Shown here in pieces: positions 19,552 to 28,781 of a stretch of DNA of 64,000 nucleotides (the stretch's first letter is position 1; every line of letters begins with the position of its first letter). Source of the DNA: an uncultured Actinomycetes bacterium. Lineage in GTDB: Bacteria; Actinomycetota; UBA4738; HRBIN12. Both the position numbers and the translations under genes were made by a program. Below the pieces are notes generated by a model. The model had not been told where the DNA came from and did not search any database. It saw only the letters and a program-made list of their open reading frames with translations. Location: NCBI GenBank assembly GCA_963704885.1, contig CAVPIB010000004.1, positions 32,001-96,000 on the forward strand, in the 5' to 3' direction.

Positions 19552-20171
19552 GGGTCCCCGCCCCGCGGCGGGGCGATCGCCGGCTGCCGTGGAGGAAGGC
19601 AGCGTTCGCCGCCCTGGACTTCGAGGCGACGGGGCTCGACATCTCGCGCGACAGCATCGTGTCCTTCGGAGTCGTGCCCGTGCTGGAGGGACGGGTCGTC
19701 CTGCGGAACTCGATCCATCAGCTGGTGGAACCACACGTTCCTCCGTCCGTGAGATCCCAGAAGATCCACGAGCTGCGGCCACAGGACCTGGCAGGGTCTC
19801 CGAGGCTGGAGGAGGCGCGCGAGGTGCTGCGAGGAGTGCTGGCTCGTCGGTTCCTACTCGTGTGGTTCGCAGACGTGGAGGTGAACTTCCTGGCTGCCAT
19901 ATTCGGTGGACGGTCCGGGACGTGGAGGCGCCGGACCATCGACGTGCGTAACCTGGCGATCGAGGCCGACGGTCTCCCCGGCTCCAAGCGAGTCCAAGCG
20001 GGCTACGGCCTCTCTTGGGCGGCAGCACGCCTGGGGGTCCCAGTAGCGAATCCCCATGAGGCTTTCGATGACGCTCTTGTCACGGCGCAGCTGTTCCTGG
20101 TGTTGACTGGCAGGCTGTCGACGACGAGGGTCCCAACCGTCGCGGACCTGCTCGAGTTGGCGGGGGACTAG
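19533..20171 (+). CDS. DEDDh 3'-5' exonuclease
   Basis: ALDFEATGLD, HEAFDDA. Confidence 0.8.
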   Translation: MSTRRLRVPAPRRGDRRLPWRKAAFAALDFEATGLDISRDSIVSFGVVPVLEGRVVLRNSIHQLVEPHVPPSVRSQKIHELRPQDLAGSPRLEEAREVLRGVLARRFLLVWFADVEVNFLAAIFGGRSGTWRRRTIDVRNLAIEADGLPGSKRVQAGYGLSWAAARLGVPVANPHEAFDDALVTAQLFLVLTGRLSTTRVPTVADLLELAGD

Positions 20172-20180
20172 AGCCGCGGG

Positions 20181-20210
20181 TTGAACAGCGGTTCAAACTC
20201 AGGGTATAAC
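20181..20210 (+). promoter_or_regulatory. promoter with palindromic operator over the -35
   Basis: TTGAAC-AGCG-GTTCAA (20181-20196); TATAAC at 20205-20210, 6 nt before GTG 20217. Confidence 0.6.
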
Positions 20211-20216
20211 CCAGCC

Positions 20217-21314
20217 GTGAGTGACCCGATCGGCACCGCGTTCCACGACGTCCAAGCGACGCGCGGCGCCACATTCATGGAGGAGGGCGGCTGGTACTGG
20301 ACGGAGTCTTTCGGCGACACCGAGAAGGAGTATCGAGCCGTCCGGGGGGGCGTCGGCATGTGGGATGTGTCGCCGCTCACCAAGTGGGAGCTGCGCGGAC
20401 CCGACGCCCTCGAGGCCGCCCAGCGCGTCCACTCGAACGATGTCTTGCGCATGGACGTCGGTCAGGTTCGATACGGCGCGGTACTGGACGAGGAGGGGCT
20501 GCTCGTAGACGACGGGACCGTGTTCAAGCTGGCCGAGGACCTGGTGTGGGTCATGACGAACGGTTCCGATCGCGAGGAGTACTTCGCCGAAGCCACGAAG
20601 GGGCTCGACGTGTCGGTCGACAACGTCACCCCATCGCTTCCCAACCTGCAGATCCAGGGGCCAGGTTCCCGAGAGCTGTTGTGTTCGATCACGGATGCCG
20701 ATGTCGATGCCCTGCGCTACTTCCGGTTCCTTCCGGAACAGGTCACCGTGGGTGGCGTCCCCGTGTGGCTCGCGCGCACCGGGTTCACGGGCGAGCTCGG
20801 GTTCGAGCTCTTCCTGCGGCCGGAGCACGCGGAGGCGCTCTGGGAGGCGGTGGAGGCGGCCGGGGCGACCCCATTCGGCGTCGACGTGATCGAGCCGCTG
20901 CGCGTGGAGACCGGGATGATCGTGACCGACTACGACTACGCACCGCATGAACGCTCGCCGTACGACCTGGGTCTGGATCGGGTCGTGGCGCTCGACGCGC
21001 CGGGCGAGTTCATGGGGAAGGACAGGCTGCGTGAGATCGCGGCGGATCCCCCCAACAGATTCAAGACGCTCAGGTTGGCCGGCGACAGGATCCCGGAGTA
21101 TGGGGCCACCGTCACGAAGGACGGCGAGCAGATCGGCGTCCTGACGAGCCCCGCGGTGAGCCCGCTGTATGGGCCGATCGGCCTGGCGATCCTGCGGACG
21201 GACGTAGCGCTGGACGGAACCACCGTGCAGGTCGCGCTGGACGGTGGCATGGTCCAAGCGACGGTCGACGTCCTGGCGATCCACGATCCGAAGAAGCGAC
21301 GGCCACGCGGCTGA
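20217..21314 (+). CDS. GcvT-family aminomethyltransferase/demethylase 1
   Basis: EYRAVR..VGMWDVS, DDGTVF, RTGFTGELGFE, LRVETG. Confidence 0.85.
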   Translation: MSDPIGTAFHDVQATRGATFMEEGGWYWTESFGDTEKEYRAVRGGVGMWDVSPLTKWELRGPDALEAAQRVHSNDVLRMDVGQVRYGAVLDEEGLLVDDGTVFKLAEDLVWVMTNGSDREEYFAEATKGLDVSVDNVTPSLPNLQIQGPGSRELLCSITDADVDALRYFRFLPEQVTVGGVPVWLARTGFTGELGFELFLRPEHAEALWEAVEAAGATPFGVDVIEPLRVETGMIVTDYDYAPHERSPYDLGLDRVVALDAPGEFMGKDRLREIAADPPNRFKTLRLAGDRIPEYGATVTKDGEQIGVLTSPAVSPLYGPIGLAILRTDVALDGTTVQVALDGGMVQATVDVLAIHDPKKRRPRG

Positions 21315-21348
21315 GCGCCGGCGGCCCCGAGATGCGAGGAGGAAGGAC

Positions 21349-22431
21349 GTGACCGAGGAGAATCGCTCGCCACTGCACGATTGGCACGTGGCTCATGACG
21401 GGGAGTTCCTGTGGGAGGACGGCTACCCGTGGATGATGCACGAGGGCCGTGACCCGCTCGAGGAGTACGAGGCCGTCCGCACCGCTACCGGCCTGTGGGA
21501 CCTCTTCTCCACATGCAAGTACGAGGTCACGGGACCCGACGCCGGCCGTCTGATCCAGCGCCGATTCACGAACAAGCTCGAGGGCATGGCCGACGGGTCC
21601 GTCCGGTATGGGGCGTTCGTCAACGCCGACGGATTGATGATCGACGACGGCAACGTGTACAAGCACGCCGCCGACAAGTACTGGGTCCTGATCAACTCGG
21701 CGGGGATCGACGAGTGGTTCCGCGAAACGGCCGGAGACCTCGACGCATCGATCGCCCACCGGACCAACGAGCTGGCCATGATCGCGGTACAGGGACCGAC
21801 GTCGCAGGCGACGTTGCAAGGGCTCACGGATCGAGACCTAGGTGACCTGCGGTACTTCCGCTTCTGGCCGGAGCAGACGAAAGTGGCCGGTCGTGACGCC
21901 TGGGTCCTTCGGACAGGCTTCTCCGGAGAGAAGGGATACGAGGTCGTGATGGCGCCCGAGGACGCGAACGTCGTCTGGGACGCGCTGATCTCGGCGGGGG
22001 GCGTTCCGTTCGGCCTGACGGCGATAGACCTGGCCCGTACCGAGGTCGGGCTGATAATCATCGCGGTCGACTACAACCCGAGCGAGATCTCCCCGTGGGA
22101 CCTCTCGATGGATCGGTTCATCAAGACCGATACCGAGTGCGTTGGGGCGGAAGCTCTGGCGGCCTATGGAGCCAACCCGCCTAGGCGATTCAAGTCGCTT
22201 CGCATCGAGAGCGAAACAGCACCTGAGTACGGTGCCGCCGTGACCAAGGACGGGAACGAGGTCGGGACGGTGACCTCGCCGGCCGCCTCGCCGCGTCTGG
22301 GGGCGATAGGCCTGGCCATCTTGGACGCGGACGCGGCGGTGGAGGGCGAGAAGGTCGAGGTCGGCGGTTCGGTTGCCACGGTCTCGACCCTCAGCCTCTA
22401 CGACCCGGAGAAGAAGCGCCCTCGCGCATAG
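21349..22431 (+). CDS. GcvT-family aminomethyltransferase/demethylase 2
   Basis: EYEAVR..TGLWDL, IDDGNV, RTGFSGEKGYE; GGAGGA RBS. Confidence 0.85.
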   Translation: MTEENRSPLHDWHVAHDGEFLWEDGYPWMMHEGRDPLEEYEAVRTATGLWDLFSTCKYEVTGPDAGRLIQRRFTNKLEGMADGSVRYGAFVNADGLMIDDGNVYKHAADKYWVLINSAGIDEWFRETAGDLDASIAHRTNELAMIAVQGPTSQATLQGLTDRDLGDLRYFRFWPEQTKVAGRDAWVLRTGFSGEKGYEVVMAPEDANVVWDALISAGGVPFGLTAIDLARTEVGLIIIAVDYNPSEISPWDLSMDRFIKTDTECVGAEALAAYGANPPRRFKSLRIESETAPEYGAAVTKDGNEVGTVTSPAASPRLGAIGLAILDADAAVEGEKVEVGGSVATVSTLSLYDPEKKRPRA

Positions 22432-22453
22432 CTCAGCCACGTATGCTCGCGCG

Positions 22454-23374
22454 GTGAGTCAGCCGCTCCTGGGTGTGGTGCCCAACTTCAGCGAAGGGCG
22501 ACGCACCCCGGTGATCGAGGAGATCGTCCGCGCCTTGCGGGTGCCCGGCGCTCGTGTCGTCTTCGCAGAGGCGGATCCGGATCACAACCGGTTGGACACG
22601 ACCGTCCTCGGATCGGCCGAAGCCGTGTTCGCGAGCGCCATGGCGGGCGCCGCCATGGCCGTGGAGTCGATCGACATGTTCACCCATACGGGCGGGCACC
22701 CCCGGATGGGTGCGGTCGACGTGATCCCCTTCATGCCCGTTCGCGACGCAACCATGGATGACTGCATCGACCTGGCCCGGCGGTTCGGGCAGGAGCTGGC
22801 GGAGAGGCTCGACCTCCCCGTCTACCTGTACGACCGGGCGGCACTCTCCCCCGAGAGAGCGTCGCTCGCCGACGTCAGGAAGGGTGAGTTCGAGGGACTG
22901 CGAGAGGCCGTGGCCCGTGGCGAGCGCCTGCCGGACTTCGGCCCGCCTGAGATCGGTCGTGCGGGCGCCACGGCGGTGGGAGCCCGCAAGCCTCTGGTGG
23001 CGTTCAACCTGTATCTAGATGGGACCGACGAGGAGGCCGCGAAGCGGATCGCGCGCGCCGTGCGCGAGTCGGGGGGCGGGCTGCCGGCCTTGCGGGCGAT
23101 CGGATTCGCGGTGCCTGAACGCGGCGGCATGGTGACCGTTTCGATGAACCTGGTCGACCACGACGTCACGAGTCTGCGGACGGCCTACGACGCGGTTGCC
23201 GCGGAGGCGCTGGCGGAGGATCTGCAGATCACCGAAAGCGAGATCGTGGGGTTGGTTCCCGCGGGCGCGCTCGACGACGGCGATATCGAGTACCTGCGAC
23301 TCTCGGGGTTCGACCCCGACGAGCAGATCTTGGAGCGACTGATCGAGCCGGTGGAGGAGGAACGAGCGAAGTGA
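22454..23374 (+). CDS. ftcD: glutamate formimidoyltransferase
   Basis: VPNFSEGR, DPDHNR, HPRMGAVDVIPF, VSMNL, ESEIVGLVP. Confidence 0.9.
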   Translation: MSQPLLGVVPNFSEGRRTPVIEEIVRALRVPGARVVFAEADPDHNRLDTTVLGSAEAVFASAMAGAAMAVESIDMFTHTGGHPRMGAVDVIPFMPVRDATMDDCIDLARRFGQELAERLDLPVYLYDRAALSPERASLADVRKGEFEGLREAVARGERLPDFGPPEIGRAGATAVGARKPLVAFNLYLDGTDEEAAKRIARAVRESGGGLPALRAIGFAVPERGGMVTVSMNLVDHDVTSLRTAYDAVAAEALAEDLQITESEIVGLVPAGALDDGDIEYLRLSGFDPDEQILERLIEPVEEERAK

Positions 23375-24012
23375 CGGACGAACGGTTGGGTGCCATGACG
23401 GTAGACGCGTTCCTGGAGGCGCTCGGCTCGAACGCGCCGACGCCCGGCGGGGGAGCAGCGGGTGCGATCTCGGCCGCGACCGGCGCCGCGCTGATCGCGA
23501 TGGTCGGGCGGCTCACGGTCGGGAAGGTCGGGTTCGAGGATGTCGACGAGCGGATGCGCGCGCTGGTCGAGCGGGCCGATGCGGCGCGGGCGGCGTTCCT
23601 CGATCTGGCGGATCGCGATGCCCACGCGTTCGACGGCGTGATGCTGGCGTTCAAGATGCCCAAGGGGACCGACGAAGAGAGGGCGGCACGATCCGCGGCG
23701 ATCCAGGCCGGATACGAGGCCGCGGCCTCCGTGCCCCTGGAGATCGCGAGCGCCGCCGTCGACCTGATGGAGCTGGCCGAGGACGCGACCGCGATGGGGA
23801 ATCCGCGGGCGGCCTCCGACGGCGTGTCCGGGTCGGCCCAGCTCTACTGCGCGACCCTCTGCGCGATCACGAACGTCGAGATCAACGCCGCATCGCTGAA
23901 GGATGAGGCTCGGCGAGGCGTGCTGCTCGACGAGGTCGCCACGTTGCGGGGCCGGGCCGATCAGTCGATCCGTGAGGCTCAGACGGCGTTCCAGCTACGG
24001 TTGTCATCCTGA
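23371..24012 (+). CDS. formiminotetrahydrofolate cyclodeaminase/cyclohydrolase family protein
   Basis: PTPGGGAA, MVGRLTVGK, GNP.AASD, NVEIN. Confidence 0.88.
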   Translation: MTDERLGAMTVDAFLEALGSNAPTPGGGAAGAISAATGAALIAMVGRLTVGKVGFEDVDERMRALVERADAARAAFLDLADRDAHAFDGVMLAFKMPKGTDEERAARSAAIQAGYEAAASVPLEIASAAVDLMELAEDATAMGNPRAASDGVSGSAQLYCATLCAITNVEINAASLKDEARRGVLLDEVATLRGRADQSIREAQTAFQLRLSS

Positions 24013-24021
24013 GCCGACGAC

Positions 24022-25692
24022 TCAGAACAGCCCGATCGTCCGACCGTCCTCGTCGATGTCGACGTTCATGAACGCGGGCGTCTTGCCCAAGCCGGGCATC
24101 CGTTGCATCTCACCACAGAGGGCGACCACGAAGCCTGCGCCGGCGGCCGGCACCAGGCTTCGTACCGGGAGGCGGAAGCCCGTGGGACGGTTGAGGAGAG
24201 ATGGGTCGTGCGACAGTGATAGGTGTGTCTTCGCCATACACACGGGCAGCGTCCCGAACCCCAGCGCGTCCATGCGGGCCAGGTCTTCCTCGGCCTGAGG
24301 CAGGAAGTCGACGCCTTCGGCGCCGTAGAGACGCGTCGCGATCGCTTCGACCTGCTCCCTCAACGAAGTTCCGTCAGGCGTCAGGAAGTCGAATTCGTTC
24401 TCCCGCTCGCAGGCTTCGACGACGGCGTCGGCCAGGTCGATGGCACCGTCACCACCACGGGCGAAGCCTCGGTTCACGACCACCGTCTCGGCGCCGGCAC
24501 CTTCCGCCAGCTCCTCGATCAGCGCGACCTCGGCCTCGGTGTCGCTGGGGAAGTTGTTGATCGACACGACACATGGCAGCCCGTACCGCTTCACGATGCT
24601 CACGTGCGCCGCCAGATTGTCGGCGCCTCGTCGCAGCGCGTCCAGATCCTCGATGGCGAGGTCGGTGAAGGCCAGCCCGCCGTGGGACTTGGTGGCCCGA
24701 ACGGTCGTGACCAGCACGGCAGCCGACGGTGTGAACCCGCCCACTCGGCAGACGATGTCGCAGAACTTCTGGAAGCCCAGGTCGCTCGCGAACCCGGCCT
24801 CCGTGACCACGTAGTCGGCGAGCTTCAACGCGACGCGATCCTCGATGATCGAGTTGTTCGCGTGCGCGATGTTGCCGAACGGACCTGCGTGGATCAGCAC
24901 CGGTTGCCCCTCCAGGGTCTGCACCAGGTTCGGCTTGATCGCGTCCTTCATGATCACGGTCATGGCGCCCGCCACGCGGAGGTCCTCGGCCGTGACGGGC
25001 CTGCCGCTCCGATCCTCCGCGACGACGATCCGCCCGAGACGGGCTCGGAGGTCCTGAAGACCGCTCGCCAACGCGAAGATCGCCATGATCTCAGACGCCG
25101 CCGTGATCACGAACTGGTTCTCGCGGGGCACCCCGTGAGCCTTCCCACCCAGGCCGACCATGGTGTACCGGAGCTCCCGATCGTTGACATCCAGGGTGCG
25201 GGGCCAAGTGATCGTCTCTACGTCGATGTCCAGCGGGTCTCCGTTGAAGATCGACGCGTCGAGGGCGGCGGCGAGCAGGTTGTGTGCGGCGGTCACCGCA
25301 TGGAAGTCGCCGTTGAAGTGCAGGTTGATCTCCTCCATCGGGACGACCTGTGCGTAGCCGCCGCCGTTGCCGCCGCCCTTGATGCCGAACACCGGCCCCA
25401 TCGACGGCTCACGCAGGCAGAGCATCACGTCCTTACCGATCTTGCCCAGTCCCTGGGTGAGCGAGACCGAGGTCGTCGTCTTCCCTTCGCCGGCTTTCGT
25501 CGGCGTGATCGCCGTCGTGATGATGAGCTTGCCGTCGGGTCGGTCCTTGAGCCGGTCGAGCACGGACAGATCAACCTTGGCGCGGTAGCGCCCGAACCGT
25601 TCGAGCTCATCCGTGGTGATCCCGGCCGAGTCCGCGATATCGGCGATAGGTCGAAGCGTCGCTTCCTGCGCGATCTCGAGTCCGCTCTTCAC
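24022..25692 (-). CDS. fhs: formate--tetrahydrofolate ligase
   Basis: TAITPTKAGEGKTT, GPVFGIKGG, HAGPFGNIAH, VTEAGF, CMAKT, MPGLGK; GAGGAG RBS before GTG 25692. Confidence 0.95.
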   Translation of the reverse strand: MKSGLEIAQEATLRPIADIADSAGITTDELERFGRYRAKVDLSVLDRLKDRPDGKLIITTAITPTKAGEGKTTTSVSLTQGLGKIGKDVMLCLREPSMGPVFGIKGGGNGGGYAQVVPMEEINLHFNGDFHAVTAAHNLLAAALDASIFNGDPLDIDVETITWPRTLDVNDRELRYTMVGLGGKAHGVPRENQFVITAASEIMAIFALASGLQDLRARLGRIVVAEDRSGRPVTAEDLRVAGAMTVIMKDAIKPNLVQTLEGQPVLIHAGPFGNIAHANNSIIEDRVALKLADYVVTEAGFASDLGFQKFCDIVCRVGGFTPSAAVLVTTVRATKSHGGLAFTDLAIEDLDALRRGADNLAAHVSIVKRYGLPCVVSINNFPSDTEAEVALIEELAEGAGAETVVVNRGFARGGDGAIDLADAVVEACERENEFDFLTPDGTSLREQVEAIATRLYGAEGVDFLPQAEEDLARMDALGFGTLPVCMAKTHLSLSHDPSLLNRPTGFRLPVRSLVPAAGAGFVVALCGEMQRMPGLGKTPAFMNVDIDEDGRTIGLF

Positions 25693-25906
25693 GTGGTTAC
25701 TCCTCGATGCGTCGGGTCGGAGCGCGAGGATACCGCCGATGGGCCTGGCCCGATCCGACGGAATGGACCTGAGCGCTGATCGCTCGACCAGGATCAAGAC
25801 GATCATCACGGCGGCGAGGACCGGCATCAAGCACACCCGCTCAAAGTGTCAGCGCCGAGCGTCACCGTCCGGTTCGTTCTGCGGCAAGCAGCGCTAGGCT
25901 GGACCC

Positions 25907-26743
25907 GTGGCCGTCTCCGAACCGCTCCGTCGGAGCACTACCCAGGTGCGCGTCGTGGTGGTCGACGAAGGGGTGCCGGGCGAACGTCCGGACACCCTCG
26001 CGACCGAGGAACCGATGGAGATCCGTGTCTCGGGCCCGGGCCAAGAGCTCGAGCCTGTGGCCGTCACCATGCGGACCCCGGGCGGTGACTTCGAGCTGGC
26101 GGTCGGGTTCCTGTTCACCGAAGGCCTGATCGCTCCGGGGGACGTGCGCAGGGTGGCCTACTGCGACAACCTCCCCGGTGAGGATCAGCGATACAACGTA
26201 GTCTCGGTCATGCTCGAGCGGGCGTTCGACGCGACGCTCGTTCATCGCAACTTCTCAGCGACGTCTTCCTGCGGGATCTGCGGCAAAGCGGCGCTCGACG
26301 ACGTCGAGGTTAGGTGCGCTCCGGTGACCGCCGGTCCGGTGGTTACGGCAGATCTGCTCGTCTCGCTGCCAGCCGTGCTTCGATCGCAACAGCGGCTCTT
26401 CGACCAAACGGGGGGACTGCACGCGGCGGGGTTGTTCACCGCTGAAGGTGAACTGGTCTCGGTACGCGAGGACGTGGGGCGCCACAACGCGGTCGACAAG
26501 GTGATAGGCGAGCAGTTGCTGTCGGGGCGCGTGCCGTTGTCCCGGCACATCCTGCAGGTGAGCGGCCGGCTTTCGTTCGAGATCGTTCAGAAGGCAGCGG
26601 TTGCGGGCATCCCGATCGTGAGTGCGGTCAGTGCCCCGACGTCACTCGCCGTCGAGGCGGGGGAGCGGTTCGGTATGACCGTCGTAGGCTTCGTCCGCGA
26701 CAGACGGCTGAACGTCTATACGGGATCCGAGCGCGTCACCTGA
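25907..26743 (+). CDS. fdhD: formate dehydrogenase accessory sulfurtransferase
   Basis: MRTPG.DFELAVGFL, SSCGICG, REDVGRHNAVDK. Confidence 0.95.
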   Translation: MAVSEPLRRSTTQVRVVVVDEGVPGERPDTLATEEPMEIRVSGPGQELEPVAVTMRTPGGDFELAVGFLFTEGLIAPGDVRRVAYCDNLPGEDQRYNVVSVMLERAFDATLVHRNFSATSSCGICGKAALDDVEVRCAPVTAGPVVTADLLVSLPAVLRSQQRLFDQTGGLHAAGLFTAEGELVSVREDVGRHNAVDKVIGEQLLSGRVPLSRHILQVSGRLSFEIVQKAAVAGIPIVSAVSAPTSLAVEAGERFGMTVVGFVRDRRLNVYTGSERVT

Positions 26744-26830
26744 CCGGTCCCTCAGAAGCGTAGCGACGGTCCGGTCCGCGCATCCACGTAGAATCGCTCA
26801 CGAACCGACTTTCGGTCGGAAGGAGAGCCG

Positions 26831-28771
26831 ATGGGGAACGGGCTCACGCGACTCACCGAGCCGATGATCCGCGAAGACGGCGCGTTGCGCGTCGCCACCT
26901 GGGACGAGGCCCTCGACAGGGCCGCCGACGGGTTGCGTGCCGCTACTGAGCGGGCTGGTGGCAACGGGGTCGGGATCTTCAGTTGCTCGAAGGCAACGAA
27001 CGAGATGAACTTCGTCGCTCAGAAGTTCGCTCGGCAGGTCCTACGCAGCAACAACATCGATAGCTGTAACCGCACCTGACACGCTCCGTCCGTGGTCGGT
27101 CTGGCCACAGTGCTCGGAGCAGGCGGCGGGACAAGCTCATACGAGGAGTTCCACCACACGGATCTCATCCTGCTGTGGGGATCGAACGCGCGAGCGGCGC
27201 ATCCGATCTTCTTCCATCACGCCCTGAAGGGGATCCACAACGGCGCCAAGATGATCGTGGTCGATCCGCGACGTACCGAGTCCGCTGAGTGGGCCGACCT
27301 ATGGCTCGGCATCGACGTCGGGACCGACATCGCGCTCTCCAACACGATCGCCCGCGAGATCATCGTGAACGACCTTCAGCACAACGCGTTCGTGGAGCAC
27401 GCCACGACGGGTTTCGAGGAGTACCGCTCTTCGGTCATGGATTGGACCCTCGAACGCGGCGAAGCAGTCACCGGTGTTCCCGGCGAGATCATCCAGGAGG
27501 TCGCGCACGCCTACTCGAAGGCGGATCGCGCCATGATCTGCTGGACCCTGGGCATCACGGAGCATCACAACGCCGTGGACAACGTCCTGTCGCTGATCAA
27601 CCTGAGCTTGCTTACAGGTCATGTGGGCCGATACGGGAGCGGACTGAACCCGCTCCGCGGACAGAACAACGTCCAGGGCGGCGGGGATATGGGCGCCCTC
27701 CCGAACAAGCTGCCCGGGTTCCAGGACATCGAGAAGGACGTCGCCGCGCGCGAGCGGTTCGAGAGAGCGTGGGGCGTGCCGATCCCGCCTGAGTACGGCT
27801 GGCATCTAGCCCAGATGTTCCACGCCATGGAGCGCGGCGAGATGCGCGCGGTCTACGTGATCGGCGAGAACCCCGCGAGCTCCGAGGCCGATGCCACGCA
27901 CGCCACGCCGTTGCTGGAGAACCTGGACTGCCTGATCGTCCAGGACATCTTCATGACGAAGACGGCGGAGCTCGCAGACGTGGTGCTCCCCGCGACCGCC
28001 GCTTGGGCGGAGAGCGAAGGTACCGTCACCAACAGCGAGCGGCGAGTGCAACGGGTCCGCAAAGCGCTCGACCCGCCCGGTAACGCGAAAGACGACATCT
28101 GGATCATCGCGCAGCTGGCGAAGCGACTGGGTGTGGACTGGGGGGAGGTCTCCGCCCACGACGCGTGGGAGGAGCTGCGCACCCTGTCCCCGATGCATGC
28201 CGGGATGTCTTACGAACGCTTGGAGGCACTCGGGGGGATCCAGTGGCCGTGTCCCGATGAATCGCACCCGGGCACGCTCTTCCTTCACGGACGGCTCTGG
28301 GAGTTCGACGACCCGGAGACGCAAGGGACCAAGGCACCGTTCAGCGTGGTGATCGACGATCCACCGGTCGATGCGCTCGACAACGAGTTCCCGTTACGCC
28401 TGACGACCGGCCGACGGCTGGACTCCTACAACACGGGCGTGCAGTCGGGGGGTTACACCTCGCCGCTCCGCCGACCCGAGTCGATCGAGATCTCACCGGA
28501 GGACGCCGGGGCCCTCGGCGTCGAAGAAGGGGAGCGCGTCCGAGTCACGTCGCGCCGCGGCTCGGTGGAAGCGCCGGTCCACATCGATCGCGGGTTGCGA
28601 CCGGGTCTCACGTTCATGACCCTGCATTTCCCCGACGAGGTCGAGACGAACCGTCTGACGATCGAAGCTAACGACCCCAAGTCAGGGACCGCCGAGTTCA
28701 AGGCGACCGCTGTCCGGATCGACAGGTTGCGGCAGATACCTGCCGTAGCGGGCGGGCGGGACGTCGGATGA
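26831..28771 (+). CDS. selenocysteine-containing formate dehydrogenase catalytic subunit (Mo/W-bisPGD), lacking the N-terminal 4Fe-4S segment
   Basis: ORFs 26831..27079 and 27092..28771 are in frame across TGA 27077: NNIDSCNRT-U-HAPSVVGL; LRGQNNVQG; LTTGR. Confidence 0.9.
27092..27108 (+). promoter_or_regulatory. bacterial SECIS element
   Basis: GTGGTC-GGTCT-GGCCAC hairpin 12 nt after the UGA; GGUCU segment as in the E. coli fdhF SECIS. Confidence 0.8.
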
Positions 28772-28781
28772 CGGAGGTGTC

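Noticed and set aside
25693-25906. Hydrophobic N-terminal extension of Fhs, or a ZTP/THF riboswitch upstream
   Set aside because: TATCCT and GAGGAG support GTG 25692, and I could not match either riboswitch consensus
26831-27079. 82-aa ORF as a separate gene, or FDH as a pseudogene
   Set aside because: The stop aligns with the catalytic Sec/Cys site and is followed by a SECIS hairpin
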